Origin: Eledone cirrhosa | Lineage: Eukaryota | Reading direction: 5' to 3' | DNA length: 64,000 nucleotides | NCBI GenBank assembly: GCA_964016885.1 | Contig: OZ024741.1 | Location: forward strand, 13,454,001 to 13,518,000 | Shown: piece by piece, positions 39,957-53,232 of the stretch | Layout of the letters: every line of letters starts with the position of its first letter | Numbering within the stretch: position 1 is the stretch's first letter | The notes under the pieces: generated by a model | Seen by the model: only the letters and a program-made list of their open reading frames with translations | Told to the model about the DNA's origin: nothing | Database searches by the model: none | Program-made: the position numbers and the translations under genes

Positions 39957-40968
39957 TACTCTATATTATCAAGAGCATTAGGGCTGAAAAACTCAAGTCC
40001 AAAACTTTATGATTTGTAACTGATTGTTCCCAGCTGGAAACCTGCCAGGAACACCATGAGATTGTATAGCACCTTGAATAAATATTCTAAGTATCAGAAA
40101 TAAAGGTTCAATTGTAAGGATTCTAGCTGCTTTGTTACATATCATGGCCCTGTGTCCCCGCAAAAGACCCTAATATTATCATTGAAACTCCATCTTAATC
40201 CAAGCTACCTCCTTCATCTTCATTATATTTCAGTTAAGTCGCTGTGACAAGGCGAAAGGTCGAGCTCATGTGAGGATTAACATTTTATTTTGTTTTGACT
40301 TTCTATATTTTCACTGAATAATTACAGAAGTTCACTGCATGAGAGGGGGGGGGGATGTCACTTAGTTTATTAACATCACAGCATTAGGGGGGGGGGGGAG
40401 TGTGTGCGTGTGTGAGAGAGAGAGGATGTACCTATCACTCTGCAGTTTATTAACATCACACATGAATGAACTCAGCATTTTAGGGAGAACAAGGATGTAC
40501 CTATCACTACACACTTTATTAACATCACATGTATGAACACAGCATTCACAAGAGAAAGTGTGTGTGTGTTGGGGGGGGGGGTGAAAGAAGGGAGAAGAGG
40601 CATCTATCACTTAGCATCTCATAACATCATATTTGAATGAAGACTTTCACCCGAGAGAGAGAGAGAATATGTGTGTAAGAGGTAAGGGAGAATGTGTGTA
40701 TGTGTGTGTGAGAGAGAATGTTTGGGTGTGTGTGAGGGAGAGAGAATGTGTGTGTGTAAGGTGATAGAATGTGTGTATGTAAGAAGATGTGTGTATGTAG
40801 ATAGAATATATGATGTGTGTGTTAGGAGATAGTATGAGTGAGAAGAGAGGATGAACCTATCACTTATTAACATCACACATGAATGAACACAGCATCATAT
40901 TTCATACACACCTTTTTTTCTTATTTGATCATTCATCTTTTCAGCTTGTTCACCTCCATCTGTCTTAT

Positions 40969-41674
40969 GTCTATCACCTGTATTAGACAATTGTTATATA
41001 GCCCTGGTCTATCTCACGTCTATCACCTGTATTAGACAATTGTTATATAGCCCTGGTCTATCTCACGTCTATCACCTGTATTAGACAATTGTTATATAGC
41101 CCTGGTCTATCTCACGTCTATCACCTGTATTAGACAATTGTTATATAGCCCTGGTCTATCTCACGTCTATCACCTGTATTAGACAATTGTTATATAGCCC
41201 TGGTCTATCTCACGTCTATCACCTGTATTAGACAATTGTTATATAGCCCTGGTCTATCTCACGTCTATCACCTGTATTAGACAATTGTTATATAGCCCTG
41301 GTCTATCTCACGTCTATCACCTGTATTAGACAATTGTTATATAGCCCTGGTCTATCTCACGTCTATCACCTGTATTAGACAATTGTTATATAGCCCTGGT
41401 CTATCTCACGTCTATCACCTGTATTAGACAATTGTTATATAGCCCTGGTCTATCTCACGTCTATCACCTGTATTAGACAATTGTTATATAGCCCTGGTCT
41501 ATCTCACGTCTATCACCTGTATTAGACAATTGTTATATAGCCCTGGTCTATCTCACGTCTATCACCTGTATTAGACAATTGTTATATAGCCCTGGTCTAT
41601 CTCGCGTCTATCACCTGTATTAGACAATTGTTATATAGCCCTGGTCTATCTCACGTCTATCACCTGTATTAGAC
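40969..41674. repeat. 49-bp satellite A, ~14 near-identical copies
   Basis: GTCTATCACCTGTATTAGACAATTGTTATATAGCCCTGGTCTATCTCAC. Confidence 0.97.
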
Positions 41675-41699
41675 CTAGGGCTATATAACAATTGTCTAT

Positions 41700-42684
41700 C
41701 TCACATTTGTCACCTGTATTAGACCATGTCTATATAATATTGGTCTGTCTCACATTTGTCACCTGTATTAGACCATGTCTATATAATATTGGTCTATCTC
41801 ACATCTGTCACCTGTATTAGACCATGTCTATATAATATTGGTCTATCTCACATCTTTCACCTGTATTAGACCAGGTCTATATAATATTGGTCTATCTCAC
41901 ATCTTTCACCTGTATTAGACCATGTCTATATAATATTGGTCTATCTCACCACATATGTCACCTGTATTAGACCATGTCTATATAATATTGGTCTCTCTCA
42001 CATCTGTCACCTGTATTAGACCATGTCTATATAATATTGGTCTATCTCACCACATTTGTCACCTGTATTAGACCATGTCTATATAATATTGGTCTATCTC
42101 ACCACATTTGTCACCTGTATTAGACCATGTCTATATAATATTGGTCTATCTCACATCTTTCACCTGTATTAGACCATGTCTATATAATATTGGTCTATCT
42201 CACCACATATGTCACCTGTATTAGACCATGTCTATATAATATTGGTCTATCTCATCACATATGTCACCTGTATTAGACCATGTCTATATAATATTGGTCT
42301 ATCTCACCACATATGTCACCTGTATTAGACCATGTCTATATAATATTGGTCTATCTCACATCTTTCACCTGTATTAGACCATGTCTATCTCACCACACCT
42401 GTCACTGTATTAGACCATGTCTATATAATATTGGTCTATCTCACATCTTTCACCTGTATTAGACCATGTCTATATAATATTGGTCTATCTCATCACATAT
42501 GTCACCTGTATTAGACCATGTCTATATAATATTGGTCTATCTCACCACATATGTCACCTGTATTAGACCATGTCTATATAATATTGGTCTATCTCACATC
42601 TTTCACCTGTATTAGACCATGTCTATCTCACCACACCTGTCACTGTATTAGACCATGTCTATATAATATTGGTCTATCTCACCA
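41700..42684. repeat. ~49-52-bp satellite B, related to A
   Basis: TCACCTGTATTAGACCATGTCTATATAATATTGGTCTATCTCAC(CAC)ATHTK. Confidence 0.95.
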
Positions 42685-42770
42685 TGGAGTGTGTATGGTG
42701 TAAAAACCATGAAGACAATAAATCAAGGAAGTACTCAATACATGTTAAGATGCAGAGTAAGTATGATAAA

Positions 42771-45753
42771 GTGGTGGTGTGTTGGAGAGGTGGTGTGTTG
42801 AAAGAGGTGGTCTGTTGGAGAGGTGTGTTGAAGAGGTGGTGTGTTGAAGAGGTGGTGTGTTGGAGAGGTGGTTTGTTGGAGAGGTGTGTTGAAGAGGTGG
42901 TGTGTTGAAGAGGTGGTGCGTTGGAGAGGTGGTGCATTGGAGAGGTGGTGTGTTGAAGAGGTGGTGTGTTGAAAATGTGTATAAGAGGAGGTGTGTTGGA
43001 GAGGAGGTGTGTTGAAGAGGTGTGTTGGAGAGGTGGTGTGTTGAAGAGGTGGTGTGTTGAAGAGGTGGTGTGTTGGAGAGGTGGTGTGTTGGAGAGGTGG
43101 TGTTTTGGAGAGGTGGTGTATTGGAGAGGAGGTGTGTTGAAGAGGTGTGTTGGAGAGGTGGTGTGTTGAAGAGGTGGTGTGTTGGAGAGGAGGTGTGTTG
43201 AAGAGGTGTGTTGGAGAGGTGGTGTGTTGGAGAGGTGGTGTGTTGAAGAGGTGGTGTGTTGGAGAGGTGGTGTGTTGGAGAGGTGGTGTTTTGAAGAGGT
43301 GGTGTGTTGGAGAGGTGGTGTGTTGGAGAGGAGGTGTGTTGAAGAGGTGTGTTGGAGAGGTGGTGTGTTGAAGAGGTGGTGTGTTGGAGAGGAGGTGTGT
43401 TGGAGAGGTGGTGTTTTGAAGAGGTTGTGTGTTGGAGAGGTGGTGTGTTGGAGAGGAGGTGTTGAAGAGGTGTGTTGGAGAGGTGGTGTTTTGAAGAGGT
43501 GGTGTGTTGGAGAGGTGGTGTGTTGGAGAGGAGGTGTGTTGAAGAGGTGTGTTGGAGAGGTGGTGTTTTGAAGAGGTGGTGTGTTGGAGAGGTGGTGTGT
43601 TGGAGAGGAGGTGTGTTGAAGAGGTGTGTTGGAGAGGTGGTGTTTTGAAGAGGTGGTGTGTTGGAGAGGTGGTGTGTTGGAGAGGAGGTGTGTTGAAGAG
43701 GTGTGTTGGAGAGGTGGTGTTTTGAAGAGGTGTGTTGGAGAGGTGGTGTGTTGAAGAGGTGGTGTGTTGGAGAGGTGTGTTGAAGAGGTGTGTTGAAGAG
43801 GTGGTGTGTTGAAGAGGTGGTGTGTTGGAGAGGAGGTGTGTTGAAGAGGTGTGTTGAAGAGGTGGTGTGTTGGAGAGGTGGTGTGTTGGAGAGGTGGTGT
43901 GTTGAAGAGGAGGTGTGTTGAAGAGGTGTGTTGGAGAGGTGGTGTGTTGAAGAGGTGGTGTGTTGAAGAGGTGGTGTGTTGAAGAGGAGGTGTGTTGGAG
44001 AGGTGGTGTGTTGAAGAGGTGGTGTGTTGAAGAGGTGGTGTGTTGGAGAGGTGGTGTGTTGGAGAGGTGGTGTGTTGGAGAGGTGGTGTGTTGGAGAGGT
44101 GGTGTGTTGGAGAGGTGGTGTGTTGGAGAGGTGGTGTGTTGGAGAGGTGGTGTGTTGGAGAGGTGGTGTGTTGGAGAGGTGGTGTGTTGGAGAGGTGGTG
44201 TGTTGAAGAGGAGGTGTGTTGAAGAGGTGTGTTGGAGAGGTGGTGTGTTGGAGAGGTGGTGTGTTGAAGAGGTGGTGTGTTGGAGAGGTGGTGTGTTGGA
44301 GAGGTGGTGTGTTGGAGAGGTGGTGTGTTGAAGAGGTGGTGTGTTGGAGAGGTGGTGTGTTGGAGAGGTGGTGTGTTGGAGAGGTGGTGTGTTGGAGAGG
44401 TGGTGTGTTGGAGAGGTGGTGTGTTGAAGAGGTGTGTTGGAGAGGTGGTGTGTTGAAGAGGAGGTGTGTTGAAGAGGTGTGTTGGAGAGGTGGTATGTTG
44501 AAGAGGTGGTGTGTTGGAGAGGTGGTGTGTTGAAGAGGTGGTGTGTTGGAGAGGTGGTGTGTTGGAGAGGTGGTGTGTTGAAGAGGTGGTGTGTTGGAGA
44601 GGTGGTGTGTTGAAGAGGTGGTGTGTTGAAGAGGTGGTGTGTTGGAGAGGTGGTGTGTTGAAGAGGTGGTGTGTTGGAGAGGTGGTGTGTTGGAGAGGTG
44701 GTGTGTTGAAGAGGAGGTGTGTTGAAGAGGTGTGTTGGAGAGGTGGTGTGTTGAAGAGGTGGTGTGTTGGAGAGGTGGTGTGTTGGAGAGGTGGTGTGTT
44801 GGAGAGGTGGTGTGTTGGAGAGGTGGTGTGTTGGAGAGGTGGTGTGTTGGAGAGGTGGTGTGTTGGAGAGGAGGTGTGTTGGAGAGGTGGTGTGTTGGAG
44901 AGGTGGTGCGTTGGAGAGGTGGTGTGTTGGAGAGGTGGTGTGTTGGAGAGGTGGTGTGTTGGAGAGGTGGTGTGTTGGAGAGGTGGTGTGTTGGAGAGGT
45001 GGTGTGTTGAAGAGGTGGTGTGTTGGAGAGGTGGTGTGTTGGAGAGGTGGTGTGTTGGAGAGGTGGTGTGTTGGAGAGGTGGTGTGTTGGAGAGGTGGTG
45101 TGTTGAAGAGGAGGTGTGTTGAAGAGGTGTGTTGGAGAGGTGGTGTGTTGGAGAGGTGGTGTGTTGAAGAGGAGGTGTGTTGAAGAGGTGTGTTGGAGAG
45201 GTGGTGTGTTGAAGAGGTGGTGTGTTGGAGAGGTGGTGTGTTGGAGAGGTGGTGTGTTGAAGAGGTGTGTTGAAGAGGTGTGTTGGAGAGGTGGTGTGTT
45301 GAAGAGGTGGTGTGTTGGAGAGGTGGTGTGTTGGAGAGGTGGTGTGTTGGAGAGGTGGTGTGTTGAAGAGGAGGTGTGTTGAAGAGGTGTGTTGGAGAGG
45401 TGGTGTGTTGAAGAGGTGGTGTGTTGGAGAGGTGGTGTGTTGGAGAGGTGGTGTGTTGAAGAGGTGGTGTGTTGGAGAGGTGGTGTGTTGGAGAGGAGGT
45501 GTGTTGAAGAGGTGTGTTGGAGAGGTGGTGTGTTGAAGAGGTGGTGTGTTGGAGAGGTGGTGTGTTGAAGAGGTGGTGTGTTGGAGAGGTGGTGTGTTGA
45601 AGAGGAGGTGTGTTGAAGAGGTGTGTTGGAGAGGTGGTGTGTTGAAGAGGAGGTGTGTTGGAGAGGTGGTGTGTTGAAGAGGTGGTGTGTTGGAGAGGTG
45701 GTGTGTTGAAGAGGTGGTGTGTTGGAGAGGTGGTGTGTTGAAGAGGTGGTGTG
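42771..45753. repeat. 16-bp G-rich minisatellite (13-bp variants)
   Basis: GAGGTGGTGTGTTG(G/A)A; explains the stop-free minus-strand ORFs. Confidence 0.98.
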
Positions 45754-45837
45754 CCAATGGTAAGCCCTGCTGCTGCAACTTGTTTCAACAACATTTTGAA
45801 GATTACCTTTCAAGATTTTTATTATTTCATTATTAAC

Positions 45838-45876
45838 ACTAGCAGAAAACCACTCTTCGGGTGGTTTTCTGCTAGT
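45838..45876. other. Hairpin with CTAG ends and C(TTCG)G loop
   Basis: ACTAGCAGAAAACCACTC-TTCG-GGTGGTTTTCTGCTAGT. Confidence 0.85.
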
Positions 45877-46082
45877 ATGTGTAGTGTGCATATTTATATT
45901 ATATGCAAATATATATGCATGTAGCTATGATATGTCAAATAAAATGGTAATTGACAATATACACAGAAATTGAAGAGAGACTGTGTTACACTGTTATGTA
46001 AGTAAAGTAATCCATGATACATTTAAAAAAGACGATATTATATATAAACTGCATTACGGTGAAATGTAATGAAACCTTATTT

Positions 46083-46268
46083 AATTGTTTCTACTTTTGG
46101 CACAAGGCCAGCAATTACCCAGTGTATTACTGGTACTTTATTTTATTGACCCTGTAAGGATGAAAGGCAAAGTTAACCTCGGCGGGATTTGAACTCAAGA
46201 TGGAAAGTGCCATAACTTTTTGCGTCAAAGCATGGTGTCCGACCCTCTGCTAATACTGCCAATCCACT
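46083..46268 (-). mobile_element. SINE family B copy
   Basis: Reverse complement of 46467-46651. Confidence 0.9.
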
Positions 46269-46466
46269 GATGCAAATGTATGGATGTTTATATAAGCAAT
46301 GTAATAAGTGTTATAGTATAACGAACGCTAACCAGAAGTGTAGACATTTTAAAAGAAGTGAATCTTAAAATAAAAAATCATATATAAGAATATTTATGTT
46401 TAATAAATAGCTACGAAATTTAGTAGATAAATTATGTAATATTCATTCATTATTTATTCAAAGTAA

Positions 46467-46651
46467 AGGCGGTGGATTAGCAGTATCGGTAGAGGGTCGG
46501 ACGCCATGCTTTCCAGCATAGTTACGTCCCTTTACGATCTGAGTTCAAATCCCGCCGAGGTTGACTTTGCCGTTCATCCTTACGGGGTCGATAAAATAAA
46601 GTACCAGTAATGCACTGGGTAATTGCTGGCCTTGTGCCTAAAGTAGAAACA
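46467..46651 (+). mobile_element. tRNA-derived SINE family B, full-length, 18-bp TSD (centre resembles the Meta-type domain)
   Basis: GGCGGTGGATTAGCAGTATCGG head, B-box GAGTTCAAATCC, TTGACTTTGCCGTTCATCCTTACGGGGTCGATAAAAT centre; ATTATTTATTCAAAGTAA at 46449-46466 and 46652-46669. Confidence 0.93.
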
Positions 46652-47384
46652 ATTATTTATTCAAAGTAATCCAACTTATTTTACCAACGGGATAAAAAAA
46701 TATATTCAGGACGCAGTCCCGCACTCCTTACTTTATTATATTATGATTGTATTTATACTCTAACTTACCAAAAAAGTTTTTGTATCAAATTATGTTGAAA
46801 GATTTTAATTCAAATACGAACCCATAAAACTGGATGCTTTGTTCCATAGAAATGGAGTCATTTTTAGACAATTTGGTATGAAAAGATTTAAATGAATGTG
46901 GAATCATTTTTAGAAGGAAATTTCAGTGAAGCATATAATTTCAAAATTGGATTCCCCTTTACCTATCATTGCCAAATATGGAAAGTGTTTACAGCTGACT
47001 GAATAGGATGGTGAACAGCTAGTTACTTGAATGCTGCCAGCAGTAATGTTTTGTCCTGGGCTAACAACAAACTTTTAATGGTTTTATCTGATCAACTTTA
47101 TATAGGTTCCACAGTTGGTATAATTCTTGGTTATAAACAGCATCAGTAATGTGTTGTGTCTAGGACTGACAAGACTTTTAATGGTTTGGTCTAGTTAGCT
47201 CTATATAAGTACCATAGTTGGTATAATTCAAACAGCAGCAGTAATGTGAAATTGAGAAATATTTTATTGTCTTGCTGTGCTTGGTTCAACTCCTCAAGCA
47301 GGAACAGCCATTTGCAATTGTGAAGAACATATTTCTCTCCTCAGCAATTGAATGCTAATGAAACTGGAGAAAAACACTAGCTTT

Positions 47385-50300
47385 AACAACATAAAGAACC
47401 CAGTCCACCCTGTAAGGTGGTAGTGCTGGTGCCATAGCAACATAAAGAACCCAGTCCACCCTGTAAGGTGGTAGTACTGGTGCCATAGCAACATAAAGAA
47501 CCCAGTCCACCCTGTAAGGTGGTAGTGCTGGTGACATAATAACAAAAAGAACCCAGTCCACCCTGTAAGGTGGTAGTGCTGGTGCCATAGCAACATAAAG
47601 AACCCAGTCCACCCTGTAAGGTGGTAGTGCTGGTGCCATAGCAACATAAAGAACCCAGTCCACCCTGTAAGGTGGTAGTGCTGGTGCCATAGCAACATAA
47701 AGAACCCAGTCCACCCTGTAAGGTGGTAGTGCTGGTGCCATAGCAACATAAAGAACCCAGTCCACTCTGTAAGGTGGTAGTGTTGGTGACATAATAACAA
47801 AAAGAACCCAGTCCACCCTGTAAGGTGGTAGTACTGGTGCCATAGCAACAAAAAGAACCCAGTCCACCCTGTAAGGTGGTAGTGCTGGTGCCATAACAAC
47901 ATAAAGAACCCAGTCCACCCTGTAAGGTGGTAGTGCTGGTGCCATAGCAACATAAAGAACCCAGTCCACCCTGTAAGGTGGTAGTGCTGGTGCCATAGCA
48001 ACATAAAGAACCCAGTCCACCCTGTAAGGTGGTAGTACTGGTGCCATAGCAACATAAAGAACCCAGTCCACCCTGTAAGGTGGTAGTGCTGGTGACATAA
48101 TAACAAAAAGAACCCAGTCCACCCTGTAAGGTGGTAGTACTGGTGCCATAGCAACAAAAAGAATCCAGTCCACCCTGTAAGGTGGTAGTGCTGGTGCCAT
48201 AGCAACATAAAGAACCCAGTCCACCCTGTAAGGTGGTAGTACTGGTGCCATAGCAACATAAAGAACCCAGTCCACCCTGTAAGGTGGTAGTGCTGGTGAC
48301 ATAATAACAAAAAGAACCCAGTCCACCCTGTAAGGTGGTAGTGCTGGTGCCATAGCAACATAAAGAACCCAGTCCACCCTGTAAGGTGGTAGTGCTGGTG
48401 CCATAGCAACATAAAGAACCCAGTCCACCCTGTAAGGTGGTAGTGCTGGTGCCATAGCAACATAAGAACCCAGTCCACCCTGTAAGGTGGTAGTACTGGT
48501 GCCATAGCAACAAAAAGAACCCAGTCCACCCTGTAAGGTGGTAGTACTGGTGCCATAGCAACATAAAGAACCCAGTCCACCCTGTAAGGTGGTAGTACTG
48601 GTGCCATAGCAACATAAAGAACCCAGTCCACCCTGTAAGGTGGTAGTGCTGGTGCCATAGCAACATAAAGAACCCAGTCCACCCTGTAAGGTGGTAGTAC
48701 TGGTGCCATAGCAACATAAAGAACCCAGTCCACCCTGTAAGGTGGTAGTACTGGTGCCATAGCAACATAAAGAACCCAGTCCACCCTGTAAGGTGGTAGT
48801 GCTGGTGCCATAGCAACATAAAGAACCCAGTCCACCCTGTAAGGTGGTAGTACTGGTGCCATAGCAACATAAAGAACCCAGTCCACCCTGTAAGGTGGTA
48901 GTGCTGGTGCCATAGCAACATAAAGAACCCAGTCCACTCTGTAAGGTGGTAGTGGTGATGCCATAGCAACAAAAAGAACCCAGTCCACCCTGTAAGGTGG
49001 TAGTGCTGGTGCCATAGCAACATAAAGAACCCAGTCCACCCTGTAAGGTGGTAGTGCTGGTGCCATAGCAACATAAAGAACCCAGTCCACCCTGTAAGGG
49101 GGTAGTACTGGTGCCATAGCAACATAAAGAACCCAGTCCACCCTGTAAGGTGGTAGTGCTGGTGACATAATAACAAAAAGAACCCAGTCCACCCTGTAAG
49201 GTGGTAGTGCTGGTGCCATAGCAACATAAAGAACCCAGTCCACCCTGTAAGGTGGTAGTGCTGGTGCCATAGCAACATAAAGAACCCAGTCCACCCTGTA
49301 AGGTGGTAGTACTGGTGCCATAGCAACATAAAGAACCCAGTCCACCCTGTAAGGTGGTAGTGCTGGTGACATAATAACAAAAAGAACCCAGTCCACCCTG
49401 TAAGGTGGTAGTGCTGGTGCCATAGCAACATAAAGAACCCAGTCCACCCTGTAAGGTGGTAGTGCTGGTGCCATAGCAACATAAAGAACCCAGTCCACCC
49501 TGTAAGGTGGTAGTGCTGGTGACATAATAACAAAAAGAACCCAGTCCACCCTGTAAGGTGGTAGTGCTGGTGCCATAGCAACATAAAGAACCCAGTCCAC
49601 CCTGTAAGGTGGTAGTGCTGGTGCCATAGCAACATAAAGAACCCAGTCCACCCTGTAAGGTGGTAGTGCTGGTGCCATAGCAACATAAAGAACCCAGTCC
49701 ACCCTGTAAGGTGGTAGTGCTGGTGCCATAGCAACATAAAGAACCCAGTCCACTCTGTAAGGTGGTAGTGTTGGTGACATAATAACAAAAAGAACCCAGT
49801 CCACCCTGTAAGGTGGTAGTACTGGTGCCATAGCAACAAAAAGAACCCAGTCCACCCTGTAAGGTGGTAGTGCTGGTGCCATAACAACATAAAGAACCCA
49901 GTCCACCCTGTAAGGTGGTAGTGCTGGTGCCATAGCAACATAAAGAACCCAGTCCACCCTGTAAGGTGGTAGTGCTGGTGCCATAGCAACATAAAGAACC
50001 CAGTCCACCCTGTAAGGTGGTAGTACAGGTGCCATAGCAACATAAAGAACCCAGTCCACCCTGTAAGGTGGTAGTGCTGGTGACATAATAACAAAAAGAA
50101 CCCAGTCCACCCTGTAAGGTGGTAGTACTGGTGCCATAGCAACAAAAAGAATCCAGTCCACCCTGTAAGGTGGTAGTGCTGGTGCCATAGCAACATAAAG
50201 AACCCAGTCCACCCTGTAAGGTGGTAGTACTGGTGCCATAGCAACATAAAGAACCCAGTCCACCCTGTAAGGTGGTAGTGCTGGTGACATAATAACAAAA

Positions 50301-51156
50301 AGAACCCAGTCCACCCTGTAAGGTGGTAGTGCTGGTGCCATAGCAACATAAAGAACCCAGTCCACCCTGTAAGGTGGTAGTGCTGGTGCCATAGCAACAT
50401 AAAGAACCCAGTCCACCCTGTAAGGTGGTAGTGCTGGTGCCATAGCAACATAAGAACCCAGTCCACCCTGTAAGGTGGTAGTACTGGTGCCATAGCAACA
50501 AAAAGAACCCAGTCCACCCTGTAAGGTGGTAGTACTGGTGCCATAGCAACATAAAGAACCCAGTCCACCCTGTAAGGTGGTAGTACTGGTGCCATAGCAA
50601 CATAAAGAACCCAGTCCACCCTGTAAGGTGGTAGTGCTGGTGCCATAGCAACATAAAGAACCCAGTCCACCCTGTAAGGTGGTAGTACTGGTGCCATAGC
50701 AACATAAAGAACCCAGTCCACCCTGTAAGGTGGTAGTACTGGTGCCATAGCAACATAAAGAACCCAGTCCACCCTGTAAGGTGGTAGTGCTGGTGCCATA
50801 GCAACATAAAGAACCCAGTCCACCCTGTAAGGTGGTAGTACTGGTGCCATAGCAACATAAAGAACCCAGTCCACCCTGTAAGGTGGTAGTGCTGGTGCCA
50901 TAGCAACATAAAGAACCCAGTCCACTCTGTAAGGTGGTAGTGGTGATGCCATAGCAACAAAAAGAACCCAGTCCACCCTGTAAGGTGGTAGTGCTGGTGC
51001 CATAGCAACATAAAGAACCCAGTCCACCCTGTAAGGTGGTAGTGCTGGTGCCATAGCAACATAAAGAACCCAGTCCACCCTGTAAGGGGGTAGTACTGGT
51101 GCCATAGCAACATAAAGAACCCAGTCCACTCTGTAAGGTGGTAGTGGTGATGCCAT
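47385..51156. repeat. 51-bp minisatellite (~74 units) with a 1988-bp higher-order duplication
   Basis: AAGAACCCAGTCCACCCTGTAAGGTGGTAGTGCTGGTGCCATAGCAACATA; the same 1-bp-deleted unit at 48461 and 50449. Confidence 0.98.
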
Positions 51157-51310
51157 GAGAAAAAGCACCCAGCCACCTTGTTTGTTGGTCATCCTGGTAC
51201 CACAACAAAAAGCACCCTATCTACCCTGTAAAGTGGTTGTAGTGGTGCCACAAGAAAAGCTATAATGTTGGCATTAGGAAGGACATCCAGCTGTAGAAAA
51301 CCAAGCCTCA
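51157..51310 (+). mobile_element. Diverged RTE/SINE-A 3' UTR remnant terminating the 51-bp array
   Basis: AAAAAGCACCCAGC...CTGTAAAGTGG...GTTGGCATTAGGAAGGACATCCAGCTGTAGAAAACCAAGCC matches 25335-25455. Confidence 0.85.
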
Positions 51311-51428
51311 AACAGATCTTCATGAGCAACATATATAAATACTTTACTGGATTAAACTGCAATATCACATGATGATCAACAGAAGAGGAGCAATCATTTT
51401 AACCATTATTTGAGGAGTCACATTAACA

Positions 51429-51466
<38 letters not shown>

Positions 51467-52436
51467 AGAGGAGTTGAGATACATAGAAATAGAAACAATG
51501 AGGGTGTGAGACAAGAGGACAAAATGAGAGAACAGGAGAAAGAAAGGGAGTGGGAATTATGGTATACAACAAATTTATGTCATGTCGTCCTGGATCCCAA
51601 AGAAGAAAAGCTAATATTTTCCTGAATTACACAGATATATAAAGTTTGGATAAACGACTGAATTATCACAAATAGAACTGAACTCAAATAGAACTGTCTC
51701 TATTTTGAATTTAGAATCTCACTATTCTAGAGCTTATCTTGGTTTCATAAGATAGTAAGCAACTGAGGATACAACATTTCTCTCCTGGACAGGAAGGTAG
51801 TCCATCTTAAGGTTAATCACCAATTGCTGCTGCTGTTACTTCCTAACGATGTCTTGCTAATACAGTTTCATGTAGTACAGGACATTGAGAGTTAAGGAGT
51901 TTTTATATAAAGTTTAATTCCCGAAAACCTGTAAAGATATATTTGAGGTGAAATTTCACTGGATACTCTGAACAGATGTGAGTTATTTAAGTTACTGCAT
52001 GGTTAGTTATATAATATGATAGAACCACATGTTGGCTGGTAATCTTACCAAAATCTACTTCCACTAGTCTGGCACCATTTCCTTTAAGCTATCTGAAATA
52101 CACCCGGTCTAATCTTTCCACTGTTAACTCTGGTAGTTTCCTTCAATATCAACTTCAACAATTTCTTCTACACATTTGCATTTTATTATTTTCACAAAAC
52201 TTAATTTTATCACTTTCTTTAATAAAAAAAAAAAAAAGAATTCTTTTTTGTCTATTTCCTGTTTGAAACATTTTATTTTTTCTTCGGTGTTAAAAGATAT
52301 TTTGCTTCTTTAGAATGTTTTCCATATGTCAGATCAAATATAGATTTATATTTCATTAAAGGCCTTCATTGAAAAACATAGCTACATCAGGCCTAATGTA
52401 CAGGAAACATTGGGAAACTTGACACTTATGGATATT

Positions 52437-52827
52437 TCTGTCACACTCCGCCCTGTCACATTCCATTCTGTTACACTCCACACTGTCACACTCCATTCTG
52501 TTACACGCCACCCTGTCACACAAATCTGTCACACTCCACATTGTCACACTCCATTCTGTCACACTCCACCCTGTCACACCTTGTCACACAATTCTGACAC
52601 AGTCTATCCTGTCACAGTTCACACTCACACCATTCTGTCACAGTCCACCCATTACACCGTCACACTCATTCTGTCACAGTCCACTCCATTACACCCTGTC
52701 ACAGTCCAACCTGTTACACCCCATCACACTCCATTCTGTCACAGTCCACCGTTACACCCTGTCACAGTCCACCCTGTTACATCCTGTCACAGTCCACCCT
52801 GTTACATCCTGTTACACTTCATTCTGT
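52437..52827. repeat. Degenerate ~16-bp minisatellite
   Basis: CTGTCACA(C/G)TCCA(TT/CC) units. Confidence 0.85.
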
Positions 52828-52901
52828 ATATATAATGTAAATGCTAAAGGGTTAATGTTATCTATCCATCTTGTTCTCTGGCCTCCTTCACAATTCCAGT
52901 C

Positions 52902-53232
52902 AAGGATCAAAGACATTCCAACTGAGGATCAGAGACATTCTAGCCTAGGATCAGAGACATTCCAGCCTAGGATCAGAGACATTCCAGCCTAGGATCAGAG
53001 ACATTCCAGCCTAGGATCAGAGACATTCCAGCCTAGGATCAGAGACATTCTAGCCTAGGATCAGAGACATTCCAGCCTAGGATCAGAGACATTCCAGCCT
53101 AGGATCAGAGACATTCCAGCCTAGGATCAGAGACATTCCAGCCTAGGATCAGAGACATTCCAGCCTAGGATCAGAGACATTCCAGCCTAGGATCAGAGAC
53201 ATTCTAGCCTAGGATCAAGGACATTCTAGCCT
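52902..53232. repeat. 22-bp tandem repeat, ~15 copies
   Basis: AGGATCAGAGACATTCCAGCCT. Confidence 0.97.

Noticed and set aside
42674-45891. Three ~1000-aa His/Thr/Pro ORFs
   Set aside because: A stop-free 16-bp minisatellite, open in all frames with the same cyclic peptide.
47294-51208. Three ~1270-1300-aa ORFs
   Set aside because: 51-bp repeat derived from a LINE UTR; all frames are open and swap at 1-bp deletions.
52838-52854. AAAGGGTTAA piggyBac-like terminus
   Set aside because: No matching partner end could be identified.
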